DNA of 35,778 nt from assembly GCA_010093705.1 (NCBI GenBank), contig MU006097.1, positions 755,905 through 791,682 of the forward strand, written 5' to 3'. Numbering within the stretch: the stretch's first letter is position 1; each line of letters begins with the position of its first letter. The notes below the pieces were generated by a model. The model was not told the DNA's origin. It made no database searches and worked only from the letters and a program-made list of their open reading frames with translations. Of the stretch, positions 1 through 10,951 are shown in pieces. Source of the DNA: Patellaria atrata CBS 101060. Lineage: Eukaryota. The position numbers and the translations under genes were made by a program.

Positions 1-1798
1 TTGTACGTCCTGTTCCGCCATATAGATTGTCAAGCATTTTTTAGCGGATACTCGACTTGCTGGATTGAAACTCCTATATTTGCTATATTCCTGCCGGCCT
101 TTGCAACATTCAGCACTGCATGAATTATCTCGTCAGCTGATTGTACCCAATACTTAAAGTTACCCAAGTTCATTACATAAGCTATAGTTGCAAATAGAGA
201 CCATACATCCGCCTTAGGGGTCTGTGGAAATCCCTTATTTCCTATTATTTCGGGTGCCATAAACCACTGAGTCCCAGTACAGGTTACCGCGCAACCGATG
301 ATGTTACACTGGCCGAAGTCACCAAGCGCAAGGGAATAGATAGGATTTCCTCTAGCTTGATGTACTTGACATTTAAAAAGTATATTATCCGGCTTAACGT
401 CTCGATGGATAATACCCCAATATGCGAGGTAATTAAGGGCTGGCAGCATTTCAAAGAGGAGGGTATCATATGACTCTGGATCAAGGGCCATTCTTGCGAC
501 GGTCCCGTCGTAAAGCTTCGCGAAAATTCCAAGGTTGTTCCCTTCTACAAAATCTACGCCGATGAACTTGATGATATTGTTCTGTATTTCTGTTAGTGAT
601 ACTGAATTATAGCATGCACTCATTCCGTATTGATGGTTCTAGCTTATCATACGCTCATTTCAGTATCCTTCTTTCGATCCTGGCACTCCTGGGTTACTGT
701 ACTGTTGCTGAAAATGTCCCCTGGTTCTGCTGTATCGAGTAAGGTAGACTCTACGGACGTCTGCGGTATGTACGAACACCCCAGCCATAAATACGTTGAC
801 AGCTGCGGTATTTCAGAACCAAGTTTGCTCTATTGGATGTATAGCAATCGTACAGCAACCGAAAAGTGCCAAAAGAGGAGAAAACCGGAAGAAATTTCCG
901 ATAGTATTCCACGTATTTACTGGCGCTAGAGGATGGCCTGGATATGGGAGGGGGGAAGTAGAATAGTAAAATGAAAGCTGAGGATATGATACTCACGTAG
1001 TTATTTAAACGTAAGGCTTCACACTACACGCTAGAGACATTCCGACTTGATTCTCTCATTGGAGGTATCGATGACCTTGTGTGCGAGCAGTTGTCCAGAA
1101 TCGACGCCTACGATCTTGGAGACCGATTCGAACGAAGCCTGACCAATTTTAGCTTTAGTGTAATATCGAATTGGCAGTGTCCGCTCTTGGCCGCTAGAGG
1201 TACGAGACCGTTCCAGAGGTCTCGGTAAGCCACTAACTTCTCCAATGTCCTGGGTGCGGGTATGTCTCCAGGAAGATATTCGAGGTGTGCCGTACTTTTT
1301 GATTAAATCTATTCAATCTTTTTCCGAACATACCCAGTGGATTGTAAACTGGTACTGATCACAATCGGCACCACCAAATCCGAACCTGGAATTTACTTCT
1401 TTCGATACCACGACTTGGCGGTCGCGCCCTGGTAGGAATGGTGTTGCATCCTGATCAACAGTCTGGGTTGACATGTTTTCAGACTTGTCTCAAAGGATAA
1501 TCTCATGCGTTTCGCCATGGATCTCAAAGGAGCATTGAACCTGCGAGAGCTCTGTACTTTCGACAACGACATTCCCGGTACGCCCAATCGTTGCTAGAGT
1601 CAAGTTGGACTGTGATCCGGTAATTTGAAAGCCAATGTTAATTTCACGAGCAACATTTGTTGCGTTCAAGAAATTTCGAACGCCAGGGTGTGGTGACACG
1701 AGCTCACAGTTCTCAGGATAGTCGAGTACGGTATTTGCTACGTCGTTCATTGGTATGAGGGAAAAGATGGTCAACGGGTGTAATTCATGAAGCGCCAT
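1..1798 (-). pseudogene. Decayed FHA-domain Ser/Thr protein kinase; runs off the window start
   Basis: One frame from ATG 1798 gives an FHA-like stretch (TLATIGRTGNVVVESTELSQVQCSFEIH..EIIL*DKS..STQT), then kinase subdomains I-II (IRYYTKAKIGQASFESVSKIVGVDSGQLLAHKVI) and an alphaC-like CL*RVV*SL. In-frame stops lie at 1490-1492, 1313-1315, 1031-1033 and 1019-1021. Donor GTGAGT at 996, branch CTAAC at 596-592, acceptor AG at 583-582. The next exon reads NNIIKFIG..HRDVKPDNIL..DFG..GTQWFMAPE..KADVWSL; two frameshifts then restore subdomain XI (FNPASRVSAK / MLDNLYGGTGRT). Confidence 0.85.
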
Positions 1799-2661
1799 GG
1801 TTGGAACTCCTAGTACTCTATGGTTGTTCTCAAAAGGGTCTCCGAATCTGATGCCTGTATTAGACCAAAGTTTACAACTGACTGCGAGCTTTACGGACAC
1901 AGTTGATATACCAATTAACCGTACGGTATTTCCAGACGCGTCTTGGACTCCGCCATACACACAGTGAGCTTGCCTATACTGTACAATGGACTGCAGTCTG
2001 TACTGACATCTCATACAGTATCCCCGAAGAGTGATAAAGATACACAGCGCCGCTCAGAGAGGGAAAGATTTTTGTTCGGGATAGAACTGGACCATTTGAA
2101 GTTTTGAGGATGCCAGTCACTGAAGATGGTGGCCACAAAGAACATCATTGTAAAAGGTCTACGAGCTTTCCACATAGAGCTACCGCAAGATGAACAGACG
2201 AAATCGTTTGACCACCACCAAAGATGCATATTAGGGCTGTTTCAAAGAACCATGACTGGATGACGGTTCCTTTCGATAGGCAGCATTGCAACAAGGTGAC
2301 CTTTTAGCTTTTGCCTTTTACCCTTTCCATCACTGTCTTTTGTGCCTTGCCCGATCAAGACACCCGATGGAATGATCCAATAGTCAAGACAGTATGATCG
2401 GTGTGGTATCATGGATGGATATCTAGAAGGTGAAGTACGAATAGCAAACAAACCTCTAACGGGAAGGGAAGGCAGGTTCCAGATTCGGTCTTGGCAAGCA
2501 GCATTTGAGCACTAACAGGGATTTATCGGAGGCGCCATCGAGACGGGAAGGGAGGCCTAGCCGCTTACGTGTCTACCTATCCGACCCGTGCCCGACGGGT
2601 TACCTTAGTCAACACACCCCTAACTTTATACTCATTCTGTCATTTTTCGCCGACTGAAGCC

Positions 2662-4010
2662 ATGTCGTTCCATTCCCAAACTCTTAAGCAGCTTTGGGGA
2701 GCCCGTATCTAGGATTCTTTAGACCCTCCACCACCGTACTCACCCCCGGATTGCCTATACTATCCGTTGCTGAGCATAATCTAAGGCTTTTCAAGTCTTT
2801 ACCTGATTATCAGTTCAACGCACAGGTGAGAAGAGCAGGGGTCCGGCTAGCCAAGCAGATGTATGAGGAACGTTACGGGCGGAAACAGACCTACCCAGGG
2901 ACGATACACTTGACCTTAAAGAGAACGCTGAGAATCTTGTTCGCGCACAATGGGTCGAGCAAGTTATTTGGAGAGAGGAATGTGATCCTCCCTGGCCCAA
3001 AGGCGCGCAGATAAACTGGAGTGAATGGCGCTGGACTCATCAACGTATAGTATTCTGTCGACCTTCAGGTGTGTGGGTTCATGACAAAACCCCGGAGCGA
3101 AAGTCGATCAGGAGAAACCAGTGGAACCGAAAACATCCATAGCTTTCAGCCGTATGTTTGGCTTCAAGACTCCCTCACCAGAACCATCGCAACCCACGAG
3201 TGAGAAGAATACTTCCAATGATGCTCTTCAGGATTCCAGTAGTGCAACACCCAGTCCATATCATCAATTCCTCTATCAGGTGTCAAAAGAGTGTGAATGG
3301 ATTAGAGATCAGCTCAGCTCCTCTATGATGACCACACCAGTCCTCGAGGCCTTGAGACTCGAGCCTGCAAAGTCGTAAAGGATAACTGGATTAAAGATCA
3401 GATCTGGAATCCGGACTGGGAAGAACTACCTAGAATGGTTTGGATGCACGACGAACCATGGCGGTTTAGAAGATTATCTGATGAGCAAGCAGTCGAAGTA
3501 CCTAGTAACCAACCTCCTATCCCTCTACTAGCAACTACTGATTTCAGTCGTCTTGTACAATACGATTCCGGATTTTTTCCACAGGATGGTGCGTCAAGAA
3601 CGACCCACCAGAGAGATTCGGGAGAGGAGACTGTTCAATCAACCAGCAGCAACGTGTAGTTAGTGAATGAGTGCACAGATCAAATTCAGGGAAACGTGCA
3701 AGACTCAAGGGTTGCAAACCAAAACTCTTCAGGAGCTCCCGCTCATATTCGGAAAACCACTACCAACTTAACTGAACCAGTAGGAGCTTCCGCTGAAACC
3801 ATACATAGCAGCAGTGGCCGGGCGAGGGAGTTGACCGTTGAGCATACCTCTCTTGCAGTAGAGCCCATTCCTGAACACAACTCTGTGCACACTAGAGGAC
3901 CATCCCCTGTTGCCAGGCCTCTTGCGAAGCCTAGAAGGAAAGGAAATGTTGCAAGGCGAGGCTTTTACCAAGAATACCATGTCAAAACCGATACCTACCG
4001 TTGGACTTGA
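2662..4010 (+). pseudogene. Decayed uncharacterised protein with two Trp-rich repeats, an N-terminal PPPPY motif and a low-complexity basic C-terminus
   Basis: ATG 2662, TAG 2710-2712, then DPPPPYSP. Repeat 1: PDYQFNAQV (2802), frameshift near 2890, DLKENAENLVRAQWVEQVIWREECD (2912), GVWVHDKTP (3068). Repeat 2: PYHQFLYQV (3256), frameshift, LETRACKVVKDNWIKDQIWNPDWEELPRMVWMHDEP (3351). In-frame TAG at 3657-3659, after which the frame stays open to 4010. The 3' end is uncertain. Confidence 0.75.
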
Positions 4011-5798
4011 CAACGCTGCGCAACAAGACGCACTCCAACATTTTCGAAGAAATTAGAGGATTGCAGCACAGGCACAGAATGAGCAATCTACAAGATCAAA
4101 CACCGGTGTCAAGCACAAGCGTAATCCAGAACCTTCAAACAGTACCACTTCTAAACGATCGAAGATATTGAAACCCAACAAGTCTAAATAAGAAGGAAAT
4201 TACAAAATACAAAGCCCGCGATCCACGAAATTGGAAGACAAGAAGACGCAGCAACTGGGTAGATTGCAAACGACTACCTTCGTGTGTGTGTTGGATATGA
4301 ATATGGGATGAATTTAAGGAGGGCCTATCAATCCAGCTTCAATCAGTTTTGCTTATTAGAGAAAACGACGTGCTATGGAAGGTTTCTTCGCATACTCAAA
4401 TCCACCGGCTCATTTCATGTAGTCAGTTTTCGGAAGTTGACGAGGATGAAGATGCAATCTGTCCACTGAGGGGTATTACTCTCAGTGCTAATTTATAAGA
4501 CGGGGTTTCTCGAGTGAGGAACGGCGGTCGAAGAACTTTAGTATGATCGAATAATAGCTTGTGCGCTTACGAGCTATACGAATCTCAGGTAAATTAACAT
4601 CTAACTACCCTGAACTGATAAGCCCATTCGCTCAGCAAACTTTGAAGGAAGCAATCCAATCAAGAAGTTTTCAATAGCGGATACACGCCCTTTTTTATAC
4701 CGAAAGGCCCCATCTGATGGTACCCGTGTACCGTAAACGACGGCTATATCGGAACTGGCCGAACCGAAGGAATGGAATACGGTCCAGGATACCGTACGCA
4801 TGCCTTACTACTCCTTAAAGATGGGAAAGGGAAAAGAGATATGTCGTCAGCGGCGTAGCGTAGCGCACGGGTAAGCATGCAGTTACATCGTGCGCTTCCT
4901 CATAAGCGCAAGGCTTGATTTTGAACGTATGCTCCTAAGGTAGTTCAAACGGGTATATCGTGATTTCTCTCCAACTTTATAACATAGAAGAAAGATTATT
5001 TTTGTTCCGTCATGCTTAGACGTCGTTCAGTATAATAGACCACCGTGAAGAGCTTTAGATGTTGATGAGCAAGAGGGTTTTGCCAACTGCAAAGCGTCCC
5101 CTCAAGCTCATGAAGCTCAAGGCTAAAAGATGGAGAGACGGGAAGGACCCGCCAGGGTTAGCCACCGATACAGGCCAAGGAAATGCACTGTCAACGCTCA
5201 ACCTCTTCGCGCTCCTCCACGTTGTCACCCGTCAGAAACATCCAGATCTTCGAGGTTGCAACGCTATGCTCTCTCCGCCCTTCCATCACATGCTGATTCG
5301 TGAAACTAACAAAAGAGCAACCCAGTCTCTCAGATCTGACCCCTTGGCTCAAAAAGCCGTTTGACAAAGGACAAACTTCCAAATCCTTGCTCGTGGCAAG
5401 GCATTATTCCCATCTATCTCGATTAGGCCCTTTCTCCGTACTTAGATTTCGAATTATGGGGTGCATCCAACCCTATCGCCAACCACTCAAACGTACGGAG
5501 CGAGCATGACCCTCGCTCTTCTGCCCCAATCCTCCAGCTTTGTTGAACATCTGTGACATAATCAGCGTTGTATCCCGTGTTATGGAAGCTCTTGTGATCA
5601 TCAAAGCCGAGTCAACCGTGTCGGCGCACACTCTTTGCCTTGCGCCTTGTCGCTGCTTGCAGCCATAAAAAGGTCTCTTACCCCCTTCAAGATGCGCAAC
5701 ACATGTTGGAGCTTACATTTGACATTTTGACGCCAAATCCATCGTTATAGGTGGTCTAGATACTCCCTTTTTATGCTTACGCCTCAATCAGAAGCAGG

Positions 5799-7621
5799 AT
5801 GTATCAGTTGGGGAACGTTTACGTGATTGCAGCCATCGCCATCATTGGCGGCGGTCTGTTCGGTTTTGATATCTCTTCTATGTCCGCCATGTAGGTTTCT
5901 GGCTTTACATACCGTCCAAAAGTATGGACGATTTCGATTTTCAGCTTTCGTTGACAACCGCCTAGAAACGTGACGCAAGCTTACCTCTGCTATTTCAATC
6001 AAGGACCGAACTATACCTACGGAGAATGTTCCGGCCCAAAATCAGACGTACAGGGTGGTATCACAGCAGCAATGCCTGGTGGATCATGGCTAGGAGCAAT
6101 TGTTTCAGGTGTCCTAACGGACTGGGTCGGCCGTAAAAAGAGTATCATGATTGGCGCTGTGATTTGGTGCATCGGGTGTGTCTTTGTTGCAGCTTCCCAG
6201 AATATCGGCATGCTCATTTTTGGGCGAATTGTGAACGGATTCTGCGTTGGTATTTGCTCGGCCCAGGTCCCCGTTTATATCTCAGAGCTTGCACCGCCAA
6301 CGAAACGTGGACGTCTCGTCGGGGCTCAGCAATGGGCCATTACATGGGGTATGCATTTTAGGAGCTTCCTTCGGGAGAATCCATACTGACGGAGCTTATA
6401 GGCATCATGATCATGTTCTACATCTCATATGGCTCTTCATTCGTTGATGGGACCGCGGCTTTCCGTATCCCCTGGGCTCTCCAAGCGATCCCCGCTATTC
6501 TCCTGTACATCGGCATGATGTTCTTGCCCGAATCTCCTCGTTGGCTTGCCCGTAAGGACCGATGGGAGGAAGCCATGAGTGTGCTTACCCTAGTCCACGG
6601 TAAAGGAGATCCGAATCATCCCTTCGTCCAAAAGGAGTTCGAGGACATCAAAGCGATGTGCGAGTTTGAACGTCGAAACGCGGATGTTACATATCTCGAG
6701 TTATTGAAACCGAATATGATCAACCGTACTCATATCGGCGTCTTCACCCAGATTTGGTCGCAGCTTACTGGAATGAATGTTATGATGTGAGGAGTCCAAA
6801 GCACCATTATATACCTTGTTGGCTGATCTCTGTAAAGGTACTATATCGGTTACGTTTTCACCATGGCTGGCTTGACTGGCAACACATTGCTCGTCTCTTC
6901 ATCAATCCAATACGTCATGTCCGTAATCCCTAATGACTCACTGTTATGATCTATCGTACTAATAATTTGTAGAAACGTGGTTATGACGATCCCAGCACTT
7001 CTATATGTTGACCGCTGGGGACGCCGCCCAACACTGCTAGTCGGTGCTCTTCTGATGATGACTTGGTTATACACGAATGCCGGCCTTCTTGCAACTTACG
7101 GCAAACCAGCACCTCCTGGAGGTGTAGACCATATCAAGGAAGCGTCCTGGGAGATAACAGGCTCAGCTTCGAAAGCCGTTATTGCCTGCACATACCTCTT
7201 TGTGGCATCCTTCGCACCAACATGGGGTCCAGTTTCCTGGATCTATCCTCCAGAGTTATACCCACTCCGCGTCCGTGGCAAGGCGGTAGCTCTCGCCACT
7301 TCAGCTAACTGGGCGTTCAACTTCGCGCTTGCATACTTCGTCCCGCCAGCTTTTGTGAACATCAAGTGGAAGACTTATATTCTTTTTGGAGTCTTTTGCA
7401 CGGCAATGTTTGTCCATGTTTTCTTCATGTTCCCGGAAACTGCTGGGAAACCTTTGGAGGAGGTCGAGGCTATGTTCACGGATCCGCATGGACCTAAGTA
7501 TATTGGTACTCTTGCGTGGAAGACACGTGTTCATTACGGTGATGCTGCTAAGATGGAGCATGGTGATATTGAGAAGAGCATCAGCGATAGAGGGAGCCCG
7601 GAGCGTGTTGAGAAGGTTTAG
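5799..7621 (+). CDS. MFS sugar porter, high-affinity glucose transporter (HGT1-like), 529 aa
   Basis: join(5799..5890,5966..6348,6402..6786,6838..6918,6973..7621) = 1590 nt in frame. Motifs GGGLFGFDISSMSA, DWVGRK, YISELAPPTKRG, PESPRWL, QLTGMNVMMYY, DRWGRR, PETAGKPLEE. Confidence 0.95.
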
Positions 7622-8363
7622 AGTTCTGTGTTTGTATTATTTGTAGGGGGCCAATATCTGGATGGTGAATCCGTCGTGCCATATCTAACAAGCTATCTTT
7701 TCTTCTGATTGAGAATTTAAGATATAACCAATCTGCTGTGAAATGATGGTGAACAGGACCATCCCTTTGTGTTATTTGCTGTGTCACATTGAATATTGTT
7801 GAACCCAAGGTAGAGGTGAACAAGCACGGGTGATATTCCGCAGATTCCGATAATACTAATCATAGTTTCGGTTTCCTCATTGGTGGCCAGGGTGGTAAAT
7901 GTTGAATATTTGGAGGGCGAGAAACCATATTCTTGATTCAGTGAGATAATGAGAATTAAAGCTTGTATAGTAAGGTAGAATGAGCCAATATATGACTCTA
8001 TGGAGTCAAGAGTTTTATTTATTGATAACGCTATCGATAGTAGCAAGCCATGGCGCTAGCAGGCGGAGCTTCCACGACAACACCCCGCGCCTGACCAGTC
8101 CACTCCCACCATCTCTCAATCTCACTTTTGTATTAATGAGGAGAAGAAGATGCTTCAGCTTGAGAAGCACATGCGAAATACACAGTTCTACTGCTACTAA
8201 CTATTCTGATTCACTAAATCCACCTTTCACTACATTGTACGCGGGCGACGTGGTTCCACCAAGGCACCGGGCAAATCCCGTCACTGAACGTTAGGCAGTC
8301 ACATCAAAGAGGGAACCCGACCAAATTCTCAACGTCAACCCGGAAATTTGCTTCAAACTTCTG

Positions 8364-8446
8364 GTAGGTATTAAAATTTCTTCTTTGCCCTACACCTGTC
8401 TTGAACATTCAACTCCGAACCACTTCTAACGAGCATGGATTCTCAG
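8364..8446 (+). other. Predicted 5'-UTR intron containing the first ATG (8435) of the long ORF
   Basis: Donor GTAGGT 8364-8369, pyrimidine-rich body, branch CTAAC 8426-8430, tandem acceptors CAG 8444-8446 and CAG 8447-8449. Confidence 0.6.
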
Positions 8447-8551
8447 CAGGTCGATCAGGACACTTCTATACCACTATCCTCGCAAACCTTGTCGTACCCC
8501 ACAGTCGAAGTCAACGATACCATTGCAAGTATTGCATCTGACTCGATCAAT

Positions 8552-10951
8552 ATGAGAAGCAGCTCCCCTGAAGCTTCTAATCTTGAGGAGAGTTCGTATG
8601 AGGTCCTGGGCGACTCCGCCTTCCTCACGGATGATGATGGAGCTACTACGGAATCCCTGGCTTCCATTGATGGCCATACTCCTGAAGACACGTTGAGCAT
8701 AGCGGATACAGATTTCTCTGATTCTCGTGCTGCAGAAGACACTGAAGAGGAGTCCGAGGACGAAGATCAACTAAGTTTTCTTCCTCACGATAGCCTTACG
8801 AACCAGACACCGACCGATAGTGCCATGACAATGCGTGCTGCGGTCTTGCAGTCAACGAGCTCTATCAAATTCGACGAACCTAATAAAGTTCGGCGTGCTC
8901 AAGAGGTGGTCGTTCGTCATACTATTCGGACCGTCGATAGACTTTCTACATCATCGCCCGAGGCTCCAACACGTCTAAACCTCGTCGTCAAACAAACGCT
9001 CTCTGATAAGATGCTCGTTCTTGATAAACCGTTCAGAATTCTCTTCGTAGGTGGACAATTTACTCACTGGGCGAGACAAGACATTTTGGCAAAGATAGCT
9101 AGTGCTCTTGCAACCGGAGCCTCTCAAAGTAAGGCACCCGAACCGCAACGTGATAGATCATCTAGGTTTAGTGTTTTCCCTATTCCATTCTCCGCAAAGG
9201 GGGCGACCTCGCCAGAAGTTGAGCTCATTGATTCATCAGGCATCGAATTGATCGTGGATGATTGCACAGGTATTGTGCCGGGGGACCCGGTGGGATTGGA
9301 TGCAACTCGCTTCGATCTCATCATCAATGGCCAAGCACGGTCTATCTATCCAGTCGGAAGAAATGTCAAGGAAAAAAAGACCGAAGTACTCGATAAAGGA
9401 CAGGTTCCAGATCTAGCTGTTTTCGGCTATATTCCTCCGGAGCTTCTGCCCGAGGATTTGACTGATAGACATGACGAATCATGGTATCCTACTGTCCGCA
9501 AAATCCTCAAAGACATTCAAGTCCCTACATTAGATGTCACGTTGAGTGATTCAATGGACGACATCTTCCATATTCAAAATTACTCCCATGACCCTCGGGC
9601 ACTCCATATGTCTGTAGAGACTGGAGCCGGTTACGAACCGCATGAGAAACTGGAAGAGTTTCCTGTCTCGTTGCCGGTACTCCTAGGAATTGACGCTGGG
9701 CAATTAAATCGTCACCTCGCTTGTTTAACTGGCCTTACTGACGAGAAAATGAAGCATATCAGTTCTTGGGATTCGAAGGAACGCATCAAGTCTGCCGAGA
9801 AGTATATGAATAAGAAATTAACTGCAGCTCTCAACTCGATCTCTCCTCAGTATTGGCGGATATTAGCCGTGTTCCTCTTGTTCGCTCTCTCGCTCATGGT
9901 ACGGTCAGCTGTCCTTTCAAGAACAGCAAGTGTAGCAATTGTGGAATCTCAAAAGGTCCATACTGTTGTCACTTCTTCGACAGTATTATCTTCCAGCATA
10001 TCTCCTACGACACAAACGGTCCCACCGCCCCTTCCATTCTCGAGCCTGACAGTGACTAAAAGTGGGAATGCGGAGACCAAATCTCTTTCTAAATCATTCG
10101 AAAAATCTCTTGGGCATCCGAACTCTAAACATTTTGAGCCACCTCAGAATAACTCTAATGAGTTCGAGGTCCTTCTCGTAGGCGATCAGTACGTTATTTT
10201 GACCCCCCCCAAGCGGTTTGCGAAATTGAAGAAGGCTCCAACCATCCACGCCCGTGCCCTTCGCGATGGGGCAGAGATTCCATCCAGCATAAAGCTGGTT
10301 GAAAGCGTATATCTCGTAGAACTTCCTCCGGAAGAGTCCTATGGTACGGTGACACTGAACATCTGGACCGCGTCAAAGCCCCTGCTGAATCAAACATTCG
10401 AAATCGACTTAGGGTTTTCATGGCTGAAGATGTCTTCGTGGAACCATGCTGCTTTTCGGCTAGTTGAGACATTATCAGATGCTTCAAACCAAATCTCGGC
10501 CAAGTTACAGGGTCTGGCTGACCATGCGGGAGGCGACACTCGACACGTTTACAAATACGCGGCGAAGTTATCAAAGAAAATGCAAAAGGGCGTCCAAGCA
10601 CAATTGGAGGAGATGTCTCAGGATATTTCTGAGATGATGTCAGACATTGAACAAGTCAAGAAAGAACTTTATGAGGAATATCGTAAGGCGAGAGAGGAAT
10701 TCGCGGCAGGTGCTCGCGATGCACGGATGCATATCTCACGCTCGACTTCGAAGGTTTTGGACGGTATTGTTAAGAATACACCATCACTTAGGAAGTCAAC
10801 AAAACTCAAGAAAGCAAAGAGAAATGCTGACAGCCTCGCTCGAAAGATCGGCATCTCTAAGAAGATGCAGCCAGAAGCGAAGAAGTGCGGAGTGAGGGAT
10901 CCGAAGACACGGAAGTCATCTTGCCCAGGCAACAGTAGAGGACACAAGTAG
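8552..10951 (+). CDS. Uncharacterised single-pass membrane protein (799 aa from ATG 8552; 838 aa if ATG 8435 is used)
   Basis: Uninterrupted 2.4-2.5 kb ORF. Acidic/Ser-rich N-terminus, alpha/beta-like middle (KPFRILFVGG..ILAKIASAL, IELIVDDC), one hydrophobic helix (YWRILAVFLLFALSLMV, about 9851-9905), S/T-rich linker, beta-rich domain, helical coiled-coil-like and Lys-rich C-terminus. ATG 8435 appears to lie in a 5'-UTR intron. Confidence 0.9.
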   Translation: MRSSSPEASNLEESSYEVLGDSAFLTDDDGATTESLASIDGHTPEDTLSIADTDFSDSRAAEDTEEESEDEDQLSFLPHDSLTNQTPTDSAMTMRAAVLQSTSSIKFDEPNKVRRAQEVVVRHTIRTVDRLSTSSPEAPTRLNLVVKQTLSDKMLVLDKPFRILFVGGQFTHWARQDILAKIASALATGASQSKAPEPQRDRSSRFSVFPIPFSAKGATSPEVELIDSSGIELIVDDCTGIVPGDPVGLDATRFDLIINGQARSIYPVGRNVKEKKTEVLDKGQVPDLAVFGYIPPELLPEDLTDRHDESWYPTVRKILKDIQVPTLDVTLSDSMDDIFHIQNYSHDPRALHMSVETGAGYEPHEKLEEFPVSLPVLLGIDAGQLNRHLACLTGLTDEKMKHISSWDSKERIKSAEKYMNKKLTAALNSISPQYWRILAVFLLFALSLMVRSAVLSRTASVAIVESQKVHTVVTSSTVLSSSISPTTQTVPPPLPFSSLTVTKSGNAETKSLSKSFEKSLGHPNSKHFEPPQNNSNEFEVLLVGDQYVILTPPKRFAKLKKAPTIHARALRDGAEIPSSIKLVESVYLVELPPEESYGTVTLNIWTASKPLLNQTFEIDLGFSWLKMSSWNHAAFRLVETLSDASNQISAKLQGLADHAGGDTRHVYKYAAKLSKKMQKGVQAQLEEMSQDISEMMSDIEQVKKELYEEYRKAREEFAAGARDARMHISRSTSKVLDGIVKNTPSLRKSTKLKKAKRNADSLARKIGISKKMQPEAKKCGVRDPKTRKSSCPGNSRGHK

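Noticed and set aside
30..623. 197-aa ORF as a stand-alone kinase
   Set aside because: Its ATG lies inside the predicted intron, it lacks the N-lobe and its C-terminus is frameshifted; it is one exon of the pseudogene.
4845..4955. tRNA-like words (GGCGTAGCGTAG..GGTAAGC, GTTCAAA) and a TGCGCTT/AAGCGCA hairpin
   Set aside because: No acceptor stem or cloverleaf could be built.
1..5700. Intact transposon or Starship boundary
   Set aside because: No transposase, reverse transcriptase, tyrosine recombinase, TIR or LTR recognisable inside the window; mobility remains inference.
5751..5791. Possible 5'-UTR intron of the glucose transporter
   Set aside because: Weak donor (GTGGTC) and only 41 nt; not supportable.
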